A DNA stretch of 49,643 bases, the filler included, from Catajapyx aquilonaris (taxonomy: Eukaryota), in NCBI GenBank assembly GCA_000934665.2. It is 3 parts of 3 records of this genome, joined end to end, with 100 filler letters (N's around TTAATTAATTAA, not from the genome) between each part and the next. Parts side by side here need not be neighbours in the genome. Positions count along the whole stretch, not along the records: positions 1 to 16,458 come from JYFJ02007197.1; positions 16,559 to 33,046 come from JYFJ02007198.1; 1 more part is not named here. One strand, given 5' to 3'. How positions within the stretch are numbered: the stretch's first letter is position 1; the number at the start of each line of letters is the position of its first letter. The position numbers and the translations under genes are program-made. Positions 11,079 to 21,914 of this stretch are shown here, in pieces. Below the pieces are notes generated by a model. It searched no databases. It had not been told where the DNA came from and worked only from the letters and a program-made list of their open reading frames with translations.

Positions 11079-12930
11079 CTACCTGTCTTTGCAATCACAC
11101 TTTTGCGTGATCGTTGATGAGCGCGACGTGCCTGTACTTTCAGGTGATCCTTCAGACCTTGCCTCAGTTTGAATCTCTTTCCACGGGATGGGGACGAAAT
11201 TTGAATGACCTACTGCACACATCACACTTGAAGGCCCTGTCATCCGAGTGAACAGCCATATGATAGGACATGTCTGAGTGACAACTAAATGATTTGTTGC
11301 ACTGATCACAAGTGAATGACTTCTGACATGACTGTGCACGGACATGAATACCGAGATTGTCCTTGTGTGAAAATACTCTCCCACGGCCACAGTGCTGGCA
11401 TTTGAAAGGTTTTGCTTTGGGGTGCTCTTTCTTGTGACGCCTTAAGCTCTTCAGATTGCTAAACGTTTTCCCACAGCCAGCACAAGCATGTAACAGCTTC
11501 CCTTTCTTCTTGATGCTCTTTCTCGGCAATGCACGATCCTAAAAAAGACGAAAATCTTATCAGAATATTTTCAGCAAATTCTATTTTTTCAACTAAGGCC
11601 GGGTTCAAATCATGCAATGTCGGTGTGATCTCAGTCACACCTACTTTCATGCATGGGTTGAATCAAAAGTCATTGCATGTCAGTCTCAGGCCGTCTTAGG
11701 GCGATGGTGGGGTTGGAATGTGTGTGTCTCATGATTTCCCTTCGTTCAAATTTTAAAATTGGAATTTAAAAAAAATACACGCCATGACTCTTGATGCCAG
11801 GTACTACACGTATATACCAATACACCCTGCCACAATGCACCACATATAACAAGAGAAGACCCTCATGTTCCAACATTGCGCTCGTGATTTCTTTTTTTGC
11901 TATTTTTTCTGTAATAAAAATTCAAGTCAGGTAATTATGAAAAGGTAATGTGAACTGTCACGAAATGGAGGTTTCTCAAACAGGGCCTACCTGTAAATTT
12001 TGTGTTTCAAGGTGGGAAAAAACAGGCAATACAGGTGCAAAAGGACACAGTAGATTGTGGGTATGATTCATTACCGGACTAATTTGAAGAAAAAAATATA
12101 GGACCTCCTAAATTACAATTTATCCCTAATAATAACAAGTAATGGGTGGGATAGGGACAAATTCATTCCTAATCCAATCAATGCTTGGTAAATTGTTCCT
12201 CACCTTTTCAAGTTCATTGCTTCCTGTACACTTTTCTCTCTCATGCCCCTTCAATTCCTGCTTTGTCACAATAAATGGCTTGGAGCATTTTGGGCGAAGT
12301 ACAATGGGATCCACCACAATAGAGAAGCGCCTCAGTTCTATCTGCAATTTAAATCACATTGTTATTTGCTGCATAATATCATGGCGACACTTCAATGCAT
12401 CACAAAGTGGACTCACCCCCTGCACAAAGTAGTATGGCGAAGGAATTTCCTTTTTGACGACAGGAAAGAGTTGATATTGCTCCTTAAAAAATGATCGACC
12501 ATTAGTCCTACTGCATATGGATGAGGTTACAATATTTTACATTTATGAGTGATTCCCCAGCTCATTAACCACCCCCCAAGTAAATTCCACTCATTTTTTT
12601 CACATGTGAAAATCCTCATACGCGCATCCCATAAATTGACACATGATCACGTTCAATTTCCATTCCAGTTCTCTTGCTGAAACCGGAATTACTCACCGCC
12701 GGTGCTTTGTTGGTGTTATCATCCTCTTCTTCGGACTTGGCACTCTGCAATGGTGAATGGCCAGGTGTGTCAAGGCCTCCCCTCTCAACTAGTCCATCAC
12801 CAGGTTCGTTGTCTGTTGGCCCATCCTGGCCTCCTCCTCCTCCTCCTCCTCCTCCTCTGACGTGGCATATGGCCAAAGTCCAGTCCGAATAGCAACTGTT
12901 TCCCTGTTCCCTCAGCGTTGCCAACCTGAC
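11079..12930 (-). pseudogene. Multi-exon C2H2 zinc-finger gene, disrupted (acidic/linker exons plus ZnF exon)
   Basis: The ZnF exon starts at 11538 after TTTTCGTCTTTTTTAG: HACAGCGKTFSNLKSLRRHKKEH, FKCQHC.., FTCDQCNKSFSCHSDMSYHMAVH, FKCDVCSRSF, then a frameshift/deletion. Upstream GT-AG exons: 12341-12204 (46 codons, phase 0), 12510-12417, and an acidic exon ending at 12697 (GCG|GTGAGT) whose phase does not match the next exon. Confidence 0.75.
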
Positions 12931-14029
12931 CATTGTTAAACATGGCATTTTGTGAATGTAATATTAGCCAGGAAAATATTAGATATACGGGAATAGTAAT
13001 TTTCAGAACTGCACAAAATCCATGTGAAACCTGATTCCAACTGGTCAAACGAGCACAGTCAAGAGTAAATGCCTGCCGCAGGCGGAAATTTTTTTTGCGT
13101 TCAAGGTTGCACAATCTTAGGTGAATGTAACTGACAGAGAACAGTGGAATCCTCCTGTATAAGAAATTAATAAATATTTATGAAAAACTTTCATCTGGTT
13201 TTATTTTGTAATATCAATCAAGAAATGTATATGAATATCATGTTGAGGGATTTATCCTATCACAAAGATTGTCCTATTTTACAAATAGAAAGATGCACAC
13301 AAATACATTCTAAAATCCAAATAAATCCGAAATCCATAACAAAGCTGGTCCCAAGAAATTCAGATAAACTGATAATAAAGGATTCTCCACCTGCATTTCA
13401 AATCCAAACAAAGAAAGAAGTTACAGATTATATAAATCATTGGACTTAAAAACTTAATGACAAATGGGGCATGAGTGTGAGAATAATTTAAACATGATTA
13501 AACATTGTTTCAACTAATTTTAATCCCTTATGGGACCTTAAGGTAAACAAACAAACAAATTAATTAATCAACACCTAATATTTTGATCACGACTGGTAGA
13601 AAAAGTACAGCATCCCACTGAAATAATTTTAAAATCATCATTTCCCCAATCTTTCCTGATTTCACAACAAGATCAAAATAAATTTTGTTCAGTCGGATCT
13701 CAATAAGAGGCTACACATACAAAAAGTTACATTTCTTGCTGTCCTGACTGTGATGGACACAATGTTTCTTGGGTGTATAAAAGACAGCAAACTGCCGGCA
13801 GACGCACAACAATTTCTCCTTTTTAAGACATAACTTTTCAAAGACTTGTTATTTAAAAATATTTTAAACAAACTTCACATTACTGGATAACTCCAATTCT
13901 GTACATTAAACTATCCTGTAACCATCCTGAGCAGTGTATAAGTATTGAAGTTTCCTCAACATATCTCTGTTCAACAACCTGATGATAATTAATGAAGTTT
14001 CCATATCAAGTCTTGCAGGATGGTTAAAA

Positions 14030-15898
14030 TTATAACATAACAAGACCTATCTGGCTTCTTGCACGACTCAGACAAGGTATATTAGAGGGTTGCTTGTACC
14101 ATTTGTCTTCCCTTGGGTCATACCTCCTCACACTACTAATGATCTCAGAGTTTCCAGACATATCAAGTGTTTCTCCCCCTATGACATAAAAACTACCATC
14201 AGCAGAAAATGCTGCACTTTTAGTCAAAGGAATGTCCAAGCGTGTTACCTCCATCTTCCATTCATCACGTTCAAAGGAATACCTGTCTACAACATCAGAA
14301 GCTAATGCATTCTTTCTCCTATTATGTCCACCCACGACATACATGTGATCATCCACGACAGCAACAGCCACATCCCTACGAGGTCGCATCCAGCGAGCCA
14401 ACTTCTTATGTTTCTGATGTGCATAAGTTGTTGGATTGTAGGACATAAAATAATTACCAAAGGAATCATTCGGCCGTCCCCATCCACTGATCATGTAAAT
14501 TAACCCCTTGTGCGAAAATACAGACATGCTTCTTCGACAATCATACATATAGTCAATTACACTCCACTTCTTGGTTACAGGGTCATACTTCTCAATACTT
14601 TCAAGGATGTTTTCCCCATCACACCCTCCAAATGCATACAAGCAGCCATTCAATTCACATAGACCAAAGTCATACCGTGGAACTTGCAAATGTGCAACGT
14701 CATGCCACCAGCCCTCTTTATCACCAGTCTTGCTAACCAGAGTACTTCCTGATGGTTGTCCTTTTATCCTACCACCCACAACATAGATGTCACCACGTAA
14801 AGCTGCATACCCTGGGGCTACACGAACAGCAGGCAGTGGAGGCATTGTGATCCATTCTTGGTTTAATGGACATAGGAGCTCCACAAGGCAGGATTTAACC
14901 CTTACACAGTCATCACCATTGTCTGAATCACCTTCACTGAAGCTTTCATATAGATCTTCTCCATCACTTTGAATTTTCTCTTTCTGCCAGCCACCTACTG
15001 CATATATGTTTCTCATAGCCATTTTCCGATGCTGAGCATTTGGCTTTACAATATCACAAGTACCCTTGTACACCTCATTAAAAATGACTTGCAGTGCAGA
15101 TTTTACAGATTCATGTTTACATGAGTCAACAGCTTTTTGCAACAATACATATGGGATCAGTGAAAGCCTCACTTTTTGGAGTAGTTCTGACAGGTAACAA
15201 AGCCGTTGCTTCAACGACCCTTCAATCCAGCGAATCACAGCAGAAAGAACCACAGATTCAGATTGAATTTTCAGATCTTCACTACATATCAACTTTGAAA
15301 GAAAATCTTTGGGTATCGCCAAAAATTCATCAGTTCGACACATCAAAGCAAAGTGGCGACAAATGTAATCATATGCAACTGATTCCAAGGGTTCACAGTT
15401 GTGCTTACTTGCAAATGCTTGAAATTCAAATGCATTTGATTCATCCAATTCATTAGAAAAAAAATCTGTGCACACTTGTTCCAGATGAACAAGCTGAAAC
15501 ATGTTGGCTGCAACAATCAGCTGTTCCACATTGTCCTGTGTCAAAGCAACATGTCCTGAGTACACAAAGTCCACTACCATCGACAGAGTTGCAGGAGACA
15601 CTCCCCTAATCACTACCTGCGACTGCTGTGCTTCTGCCAGTCCGCCAGTCAACATGGCTTTGAAGTAAGGGCTTGCTGCAATCAGTACGATTCGATGGGC
15701 TTGGATGGATGTCCCTTCACAAATCAACTCGACGTCACTCATGAAGGATGACTGGCGCATGTCATCAAATTGTTGTAACACTGATGAAGGATACGCACTT
15801 GATGCACAGTCTTGCTTCTTCAATTGTTTCAAGACTGGACTTGGCTTCATTTCTTCACTCCAATCGTGATATGAGATGTGAGAAGATGTGGTTGCCAT
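14030..15898 (-). CDS. IPP-like: BTB-BACK-Kelch protein, IPP/KLHL27-like paralog 3 (622 aa; alternative start 15919)
   Basis: Uninterrupted ORF, nearly identical to paralog 2 in BTB/BACK. Acceptor at 15938-15937; leader donor at 16211/16210. Confidence 0.92.
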   Translation of the reverse strand: MATTSSHISYHDWSEEMKPSPVLKQLKKQDCASSAYPSSVLQQFDDMRQSSFMSDVELICEGTSIQAHRIVLIAASPYFKAMLTGGLAEAQQSQVVIRGVSPATLSMVVDFVYSGHVALTQDNVEQLIVAANMFQLVHLEQVCTDFFSNELDESNAFEFQAFASKHNCEPLESVAYDYICRHFALMCRTDEFLAIPKDFLSKLICSEDLKIQSESVVLSAVIRWIEGSLKQRLCYLSELLQKVRLSLIPYVLLQKAVDSCKHESVKSALQVIFNEVYKGTCDIVKPNAQHRKMAMRNIYAVGGWQKEKIQSDGEDLYESFSEGDSDNGDDCVRVKSCLVELLCPLNQEWITMPPLPAVRVAPGYAALRGDIYVVGGRIKGQPSGSTLVSKTGDKEGWWHDVAHLQVPRYDFGLCELNGCLYAFGGCDGENILESIEKYDPVTKKWSVIDYMYDCRRSMSVFSHKGLIYMISGWGRPNDSFGNYFMSYNPTTYAHQKHKKLARWMRPRRDVAVAVVDDHMYVVGGHNRRKNALASDVVDRYSFERDEWKMEVTRLDIPLTKSAAFSADGSFYVIGGETLDMSGNSEIISSVRRYDPREDKWYKQPSNIPCLSRARSQIGLVML

Positions 15899-16458
15899 TG
15901 CGTCTTGAAATTTGTACATAGAGTCTGGTGCTTTCACTGTAAAAAACAAAATAATATTCATGTGAAAAATGATTTGCAGTGAAATTTTTTCACTTATTTG
16001 CAACACATTAGGGTCATTCAAACAACAAAAAGGCACAGGACATTCGGTTGAAATAATGGATGTGGCTTATAAAGCACTTCTCTCAATGTAACAATAGACA
16101 TTAAAGTCCTGGTGCACAGGAAGTGGTGAATGGTTCTGCCGGCTGAGGTTTGGTTTGGGGAGAAAGAACCAGTCCGGGGGGGAATACTCTCAGCATGAGG
16201 GTATGTATACCTCTTTCCAGTGATCAAACGTCCTCCTCCTGCACTACTTCCACGTCAGTCCAAGACTCCAGGAGGCCACCAGTGACACGGCTTTGCTCCA
16301 GGAATGTCCTCCAGCGTCGTCTCCACACGTGTGCCACACGTGGTGAGAAGCAAGGAAATGCTTTTGCAGCCCACGCCATCTGCCATGCCACCTTTACATA
16401 TCAATTTTAAATTCACTCCACATCAGTTTAATAGTTTAACCTCACGTGACTTTTTCTA

Positions 16459-16558
16459 NNNNNNNNNNNNNNNNNNNNNNNNNNNNNNNNNNNNNNNNNN
16501 NNTTAATTAATTAANNNNNNNNNNNNNNNNNNNNNNNNNNNNNNNNNNNNNNNNNNNN
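16459..16558. other. Artificial contig-joining spacer
   Basis: 44 N + TTAATTAATTAA (stops in all six frames) + 44 N = exactly 100 nt. Confidence 0.97.
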
Positions 16559-17992
16559 AGGGGGAGGGGGTTAATGGAGAAAAGAGAGAGAATCTCAAAC
16601 TCGAGGGAAGGGTGGGGGTGAAGAAAGAGGGGGGGGCGGGAGGAGGGGGCAAATGGAGGGCGTCTTTGTCGCTCAATCTGATTTTGGGTTTTATTGGTTG
16701 CAAATGGCGCCGCAGGAATTATTCATGGCCGGTTCGCATTGGAGTCAAATTGGACGCAAGTTTGTGAATTTGTCTAAATCTAGGGAACGGTGGATCGGCC
16801 TCGACGACAGCCGCTGCACCATTTCCTCTGCACTCCACTGGGACTTATGGGGCCACTTATGGATCACTTCTTGATTTTGTAGCCTCTGCGCAACGCAATT
16901 CTTTGACAACGTATATGCAAAAAAGGATTTCTGAAAGATTTGTAAGGGCCGGTTGAATCAAATCCGAAAGTAATCTCTGATTATAATTATATTGCGAATA
17001 TCTGTGCACAAAATCTGCAATTTTCTATTATATTTTGTGAGGGTTGACCACCTCAGGTCATCCCTCTGACCCCGCAAGGTTGGTCGTGGTCCAATAATAC
17101 AACGGGTACGAAGCAACCGTTTATTAGACCGGCCCGAAGCCGGACCAAAACACGACTGATACACAAAACGTCTCCCCACAAGGTCCCCCCACCCAGGCGC
17201 CCTCCTGCCATCTGGTGATGGGACGCCACAATTTCTTCCTCAATTTACATGTTGGTATTTGAACATCATCCGTCTGGATATTGTACGTAACTTACAGCTT
17301 GTTTAAATATTTTGAAATGTTTTTCTCACATGCGTCACACATGTGAGTCGCACAGTATTCTATGCATAATAGGTTAATTCACAATAGAACTATAGAACAC
17401 AAAGTCAGTCCATCATAAGCGACCATATCTCCATTACGTACATTTCAGACCATGTGGGTGCCTTTCTGCATGAATAACTCTTTAGACTATGCAAAATCGT
17501 GCAAAAAAAATGGACAAAGAGTATTGTCGTCCTTATCCAAGTTGGGTCTTTTTATGCTTTTGTCAGCACAACCTATGTATCCTTTTTTATGTGAAGCTTG
17601 AGACAAGCAACCGCAGGCCGTCACGGTCAGGCTTACTTGGCAAATATAAAGAACCGAGAAGGGCCGGGGGAGGGTGGGGAGGAAGGGGGGTGGGGGGGAA
17701 GTTGGCGTAGAATGTGTCAAAAGTTGAATGGACGCGTCAAAAGGTCTCCGGAATTTTTTTTCTCCTCCCCCTCCCCCGTCTCCTCATGTTACTGCATTCA
17801 CATGGGAATCCCTGTCCGTTAGTCTTTTTTGGGTACACTTTCGTCGTGAAAAAACTGTTTCTATGTTCCTCTGTGCCGACACTGACATTTTGGTGACAGG
17901 CCAAAGATGGCGTTTCTGGAAATGAGAAACTTATATTTTCACTTAATATTTTCTCCAGTTTTTAGTCTGCCAGTTCACTCCCTCTGAAGAAA

Positions 17993-18225
17993 ATATAGAC
18001 GGAGTTATGCAATAATGAGTCAACCCACATGAAAACAGTTTTGAAATAAGGGGCTTTGAATATCACACCTGTGAAATTAATTCAGTGTCCTTTTCGGTCA
18101 TTTATGACAGAAATATGCATATTTCGCCTGATTGATTTTAACTGAATGAAGTACGATCCTTAGGCTGAACTCAATTTTGACTTTTTTGTGGTTGACACAT
18201 TATTGCATAACACCACCGTCCATAT
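17993..18225. mobile_element. MITE, uninterrupted copy of the family also at 41359-41889
   Basis: TIRs GTTATGCAATAATGAGTCAACCCACA / TGTGGTTGACACATTATTGCATAAC. Internal sequence is collinear with the 41.4 kb copy. Confidence 0.85.
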
Positions 18226-18740
18226 GTAGCTCGTGGCTTTTTAGGAGGCACTATTAGCATGAGCAGATTGACCCGTATTGTGTTATGAGGAACTTTCTGA
18301 CCCACCTTGTTCGATGAAGTTAAACCTGGCTTTCCCAAATACCTCGGCGTAAGGCCCTGGTACCTTTATATGATTAGCCATTTGTATGAGGTGAATAACG
18401 GATGAGTTTGAGCAGGGAAAGTAAAATCCAGTGAGTCGGTTTTAAGTGGGGGGAGGTTGGATGGGTGGGTGGGTGGTGTACAGGAGGTTGTGTGCTACCT
18501 CTTCTATCTACCTCAGGAGAGAGGTGAAGGGATTCAGGAAAGGCTGGCTTTAGGTGGCAGAATTCCTAATGAGCCTTGGCTTCTTGAAGTCTCAATTTCT
18601 CTCGCCAATGTCTCTTTCTCTTTCATAAATATTAAAGTAAAAGTTTCCTTAGCAACTTTTGTGGTCGGGTGGAATTTGGGGGGTGTGAATCGCAGGGGAT
18701 GAGAACCTAAAAGGCTGGGATCTTCTCCTTTCCAGACCAG

Positions 18741-18743
<3 letters not shown>

Positions 18744-18808
<65 letters not shown>
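18744..18808. repeat. (TC)n microsatellite
   Basis: ~32 perfect TC units. Confidence 0.98.
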
Positions 18809-18811
<3 letters not shown>

Positions 18812-20644
18812 GAGCCCCCTTCCATTACTCTCCCCCTTCCCCCTCTCTTGCTTTCCTACTTTACGCTCCGGAATATCTAATGGGATAACATCAAGGAATT
18901 TCTCTAACCTTAGTAGAGACTGCAGCTACGATGAACTGCAGTGGGGAACATCAAGTTATTCTGAAAAGTCTCCTGGATCCTGGAAGTGATGGCCACAATC
19001 AGGGTTTCCGGTTACGACCGCTATGTTGCACCACAACCAACATCATGTACTGGAATGTTGGTAGGCCTGTACCATTTTACTCGTGAGATACGAGCTCCTG
19101 CTGCACTTCCCAAGTCCACAATCCAAGGACAGGAAGGGTCAGCAGTTATGCATTGCTTAACCCAGAATTGTTGAAACAAAAATTAGCAATTTAAACTGGT
19201 TACAGGAGTAAAGAAATTCATAATTTCTCTTATGCACTCTTGGACAGTACAACAATTCTGTCATACTGCTAGCGACATTTTCCGATGCGGCAACGTGCAA
19301 ATCGCAAAACGTGCAAAAATAAAGGCTCGCGACCCCCTGCGACCCCCAGGTTGGAAACCACTGGGCTAGGGACAAGCCTTTTCTATATTNNNNNCCCCCC
19401 CCCCAGCCGGTGACGTCACTCAACGCCTACCTCTTCTTACTCGCACGGCTCACACTCTATCACTTCGATTTGCACTTCTCCCGCTTCAGAAAATGTCGCA
19501 AGCAGTATGACGCGATTAATGTCCAACCACCCTGCAGGTCCACGTAAGGATGTTTGCATTTTTTTGTAAGCAAGCCAAATGGGCAAACCAACCCCTGCAA
19601 GGTGGTGATCGTGACCCCACCCATCCTCCCCTCCCCACTTTGTGGACCCCCTAAGGGGTGTTCATACACCAGCATCACTGCGTATGGTGGTCCATAAATC
19701 CCCCCTCCGGAGCCAATACCCCGGATGATGATGATGAGGAGGGAACAGGACAAGCGTGTAATCTCCCAATCAAAATGGCTGCTGACCTGCAGGGGAGGGT
19801 GGTGGTGGTGAGGGGGGTCAAACCCCAGCAGTCTGTAGCCTAGAGGTGAAAAGTGCATTAATCAATTGAAAGAGAGGGCAAGGGGGTGTATATATGTGTG
19901 TGTATAGGATGGTAGGGAGTAGTATATATAGGGTTTGTCTGGGAGGGGGTTTTGTGGTTAGAGACGTGCGAAAGGCAAGGAGTAAACACAAGTGAGTACA
20001 TTGTGTTTGCCTTTCCCCTTGGACGGTTATGGTACACCCTCTCCAATTAAAACGCCATCTTGCAGACTGGAGGAAACAGCAAGGGAAACTTTCCAAGGGA
20101 ACCGGAGGGGGACGGATGAAGGGAGGGGGTATAGATGAAGAAACACGGCGCGGCAGAGGTTGTTGGTAAGGTTGGTGCCCCTGGGCCCCGGATGTGTACA
20201 GGTGGGAGATGGGAGCCTGAGTCTCCTGCTGCTGGATATCCGGGCATGTAAGAGGGAAAGGTTTAAGTAAGGAGCACAACATGGCCGCGGTTTCATTGGT
20301 AGTGGCGGGGCTTAAGTCAACATGGAGCTCGCTGCTTCCCCAACTTTCTTGAACGGTACACACATCGCCCAGGTAAAGGAGGAGGTGGAGAAGAAGGAGA
20401 ACGGGGAGGTGGAGGGGAGAGGGCCGTGCCTTGGAGGAACTTAACTCCGACGGGGGTTTCCGGGTCCGATGGGGCACGGCCTGCTTACATGCCCGGATGG
20501 AAATGGAGTTCCGTTGTGTACGTAGCAGCAGGGTTCAACTTTGGCTTCACTCACAACTTCTTGTAAGTGCTCGGAAACCTAAGCAGCTTTTTAAGCAGCT
20601 ACTTTCGGATCTATGGAGGAAAAGTGCAGGCCACCAGATATATA

Positions 20645-21914
20645 CCGTAAGCGGGGGTAACTTTGTGACAAATCAGTTTTTCGAATCTCGCGCCACTATT
20701 ATTTGACCTTTTTAACTGCAACCAGTAGATGGCTACGTATGTTGTGCTACCTATAGTAGCCAAATGGAAAGCTATTACATCTCGAGTATTATTGGTAGTC
20801 ACTAAGTTACATTACAAGTTTGCAAACAGCGAGTATTGTTGGCACAATGGAACTTATTCTAACTACTTTTCCTAATAGCTACAGTCATAGTTGCGAAGAT
20901 AGTAAAACATGTAGGCTACATTATTATGAAGACAAATTAATTGGCTAAGAAATGATATAACTTGATGCAAGTTGGAACTAGTTTTGTAGAAGATACGCGG
21001 GTGTTAAATGAAATTCCGTACTTTTGCAGGGTGACTTTGTGACAGCATAAACTTGTCACAAAGTCAGTCCAAGGATACTATTTACTGTTTTGACCAATGG
21101 TCCGGTCCTTTAGGGTACCGTACCACTCGAAATTATCCACATCCAAATTAAAATCCAAAGAAATCATTACATTATAAACGATCAATTTTATAAAATAATA
21201 TATCATTGTAAAGACAAAAATTTGTCTAAAATAAATTTTAGGTGTTACTTTATTTTCTGTTTATTAAGTTATAATATACGACCTTAAGGAAATGAACACT
21301 GTCACAACTGAACACAAATGTAAATGTGAATATTGTTGTAAAGGATAGAGTTATCTAGATCAGTGGTTCCCAAACTATGGGCCGCGGCCCACTGGTGGGC
21401 CGCGAGGCTCCTCCAAGTGGGCCGCGAGCTTTAATATTTTTTAAAAAATTATGAAATAATGATCTTATGAAATGAGGAGCAAGAGCACAGTAAGTAAAAA
21501 AAAATACATATATTGTGTAGCATGATTTTTGCAGCTCTCAATAAGGGAGGTGACTCTCACTCAAAAGATTGGGTCGAGTCTTTTTCGCCCAGCTGTGACA
21601 CTTGACAAATTCCCTCAAATACACACCCATTCAAATCTCCCACATTCACCTAGGCTCGTGTGACCTTGAACTCCCCCAAAAAATTTCGCCTGCGGCGGGC
21701 TTTCTCTCCCCCCCTAGGTGGGCCACAAGATATTTTCCCTATCTAATGTGGGCCGCGACCAAAAAAAGTTTGGGAACCACTGATCTAGATGATCTGCACA
21801 GGGATATGTAGAGGGGGATGAGGGTACAATAATCAACAAAACATTTAATGGAAAAGCATTAAACCGTTTCTGCTGATACTAAAAATCTCAAAAACTGTCA
21901 TAAAGCACTTACGG
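20645..21914. mobile_element. Old pogo/Tc2-like non-autonomous DNA transposon hosting a nested hAT element
   Basis: Left end TA|CCGTAAGCGGGGGTAACTTTGTGACA; right end TGTCATAAAGCACTTACGG|TA (degenerate). Internal hairpin TGACTTTGTGACA/TGTCACAAAGTCA at 21032-21066. Confidence 0.45.
21361..21782. mobile_element. Non-autonomous hAT (Charlie-like) element
   Basis: Perfect TIRs CAGTGGTTCCCAAACT / AGTTTGGGAACCACTG, 8-bp TSD ATCTAGAT on both sides (21353-60, 21783-90), repeated subterminal GGGCCGCG motifs. Confidence 0.93.

Noticed and set aside
18930..19086. Short ORF with LLDPGS / IMYWNV resembling retroelement protease or endonuclease starts
   Set aside because: Motifs too short and not followed by the expected domains; probably coincidental.
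19818..20477. 219-aa Pro/Leu-rich ORF and similar ORFs at 24812, 40912, 44076, 47443
   Set aside because: Low-complexity translations of G/C and purine tracts; no motifs or consistent splice structure.
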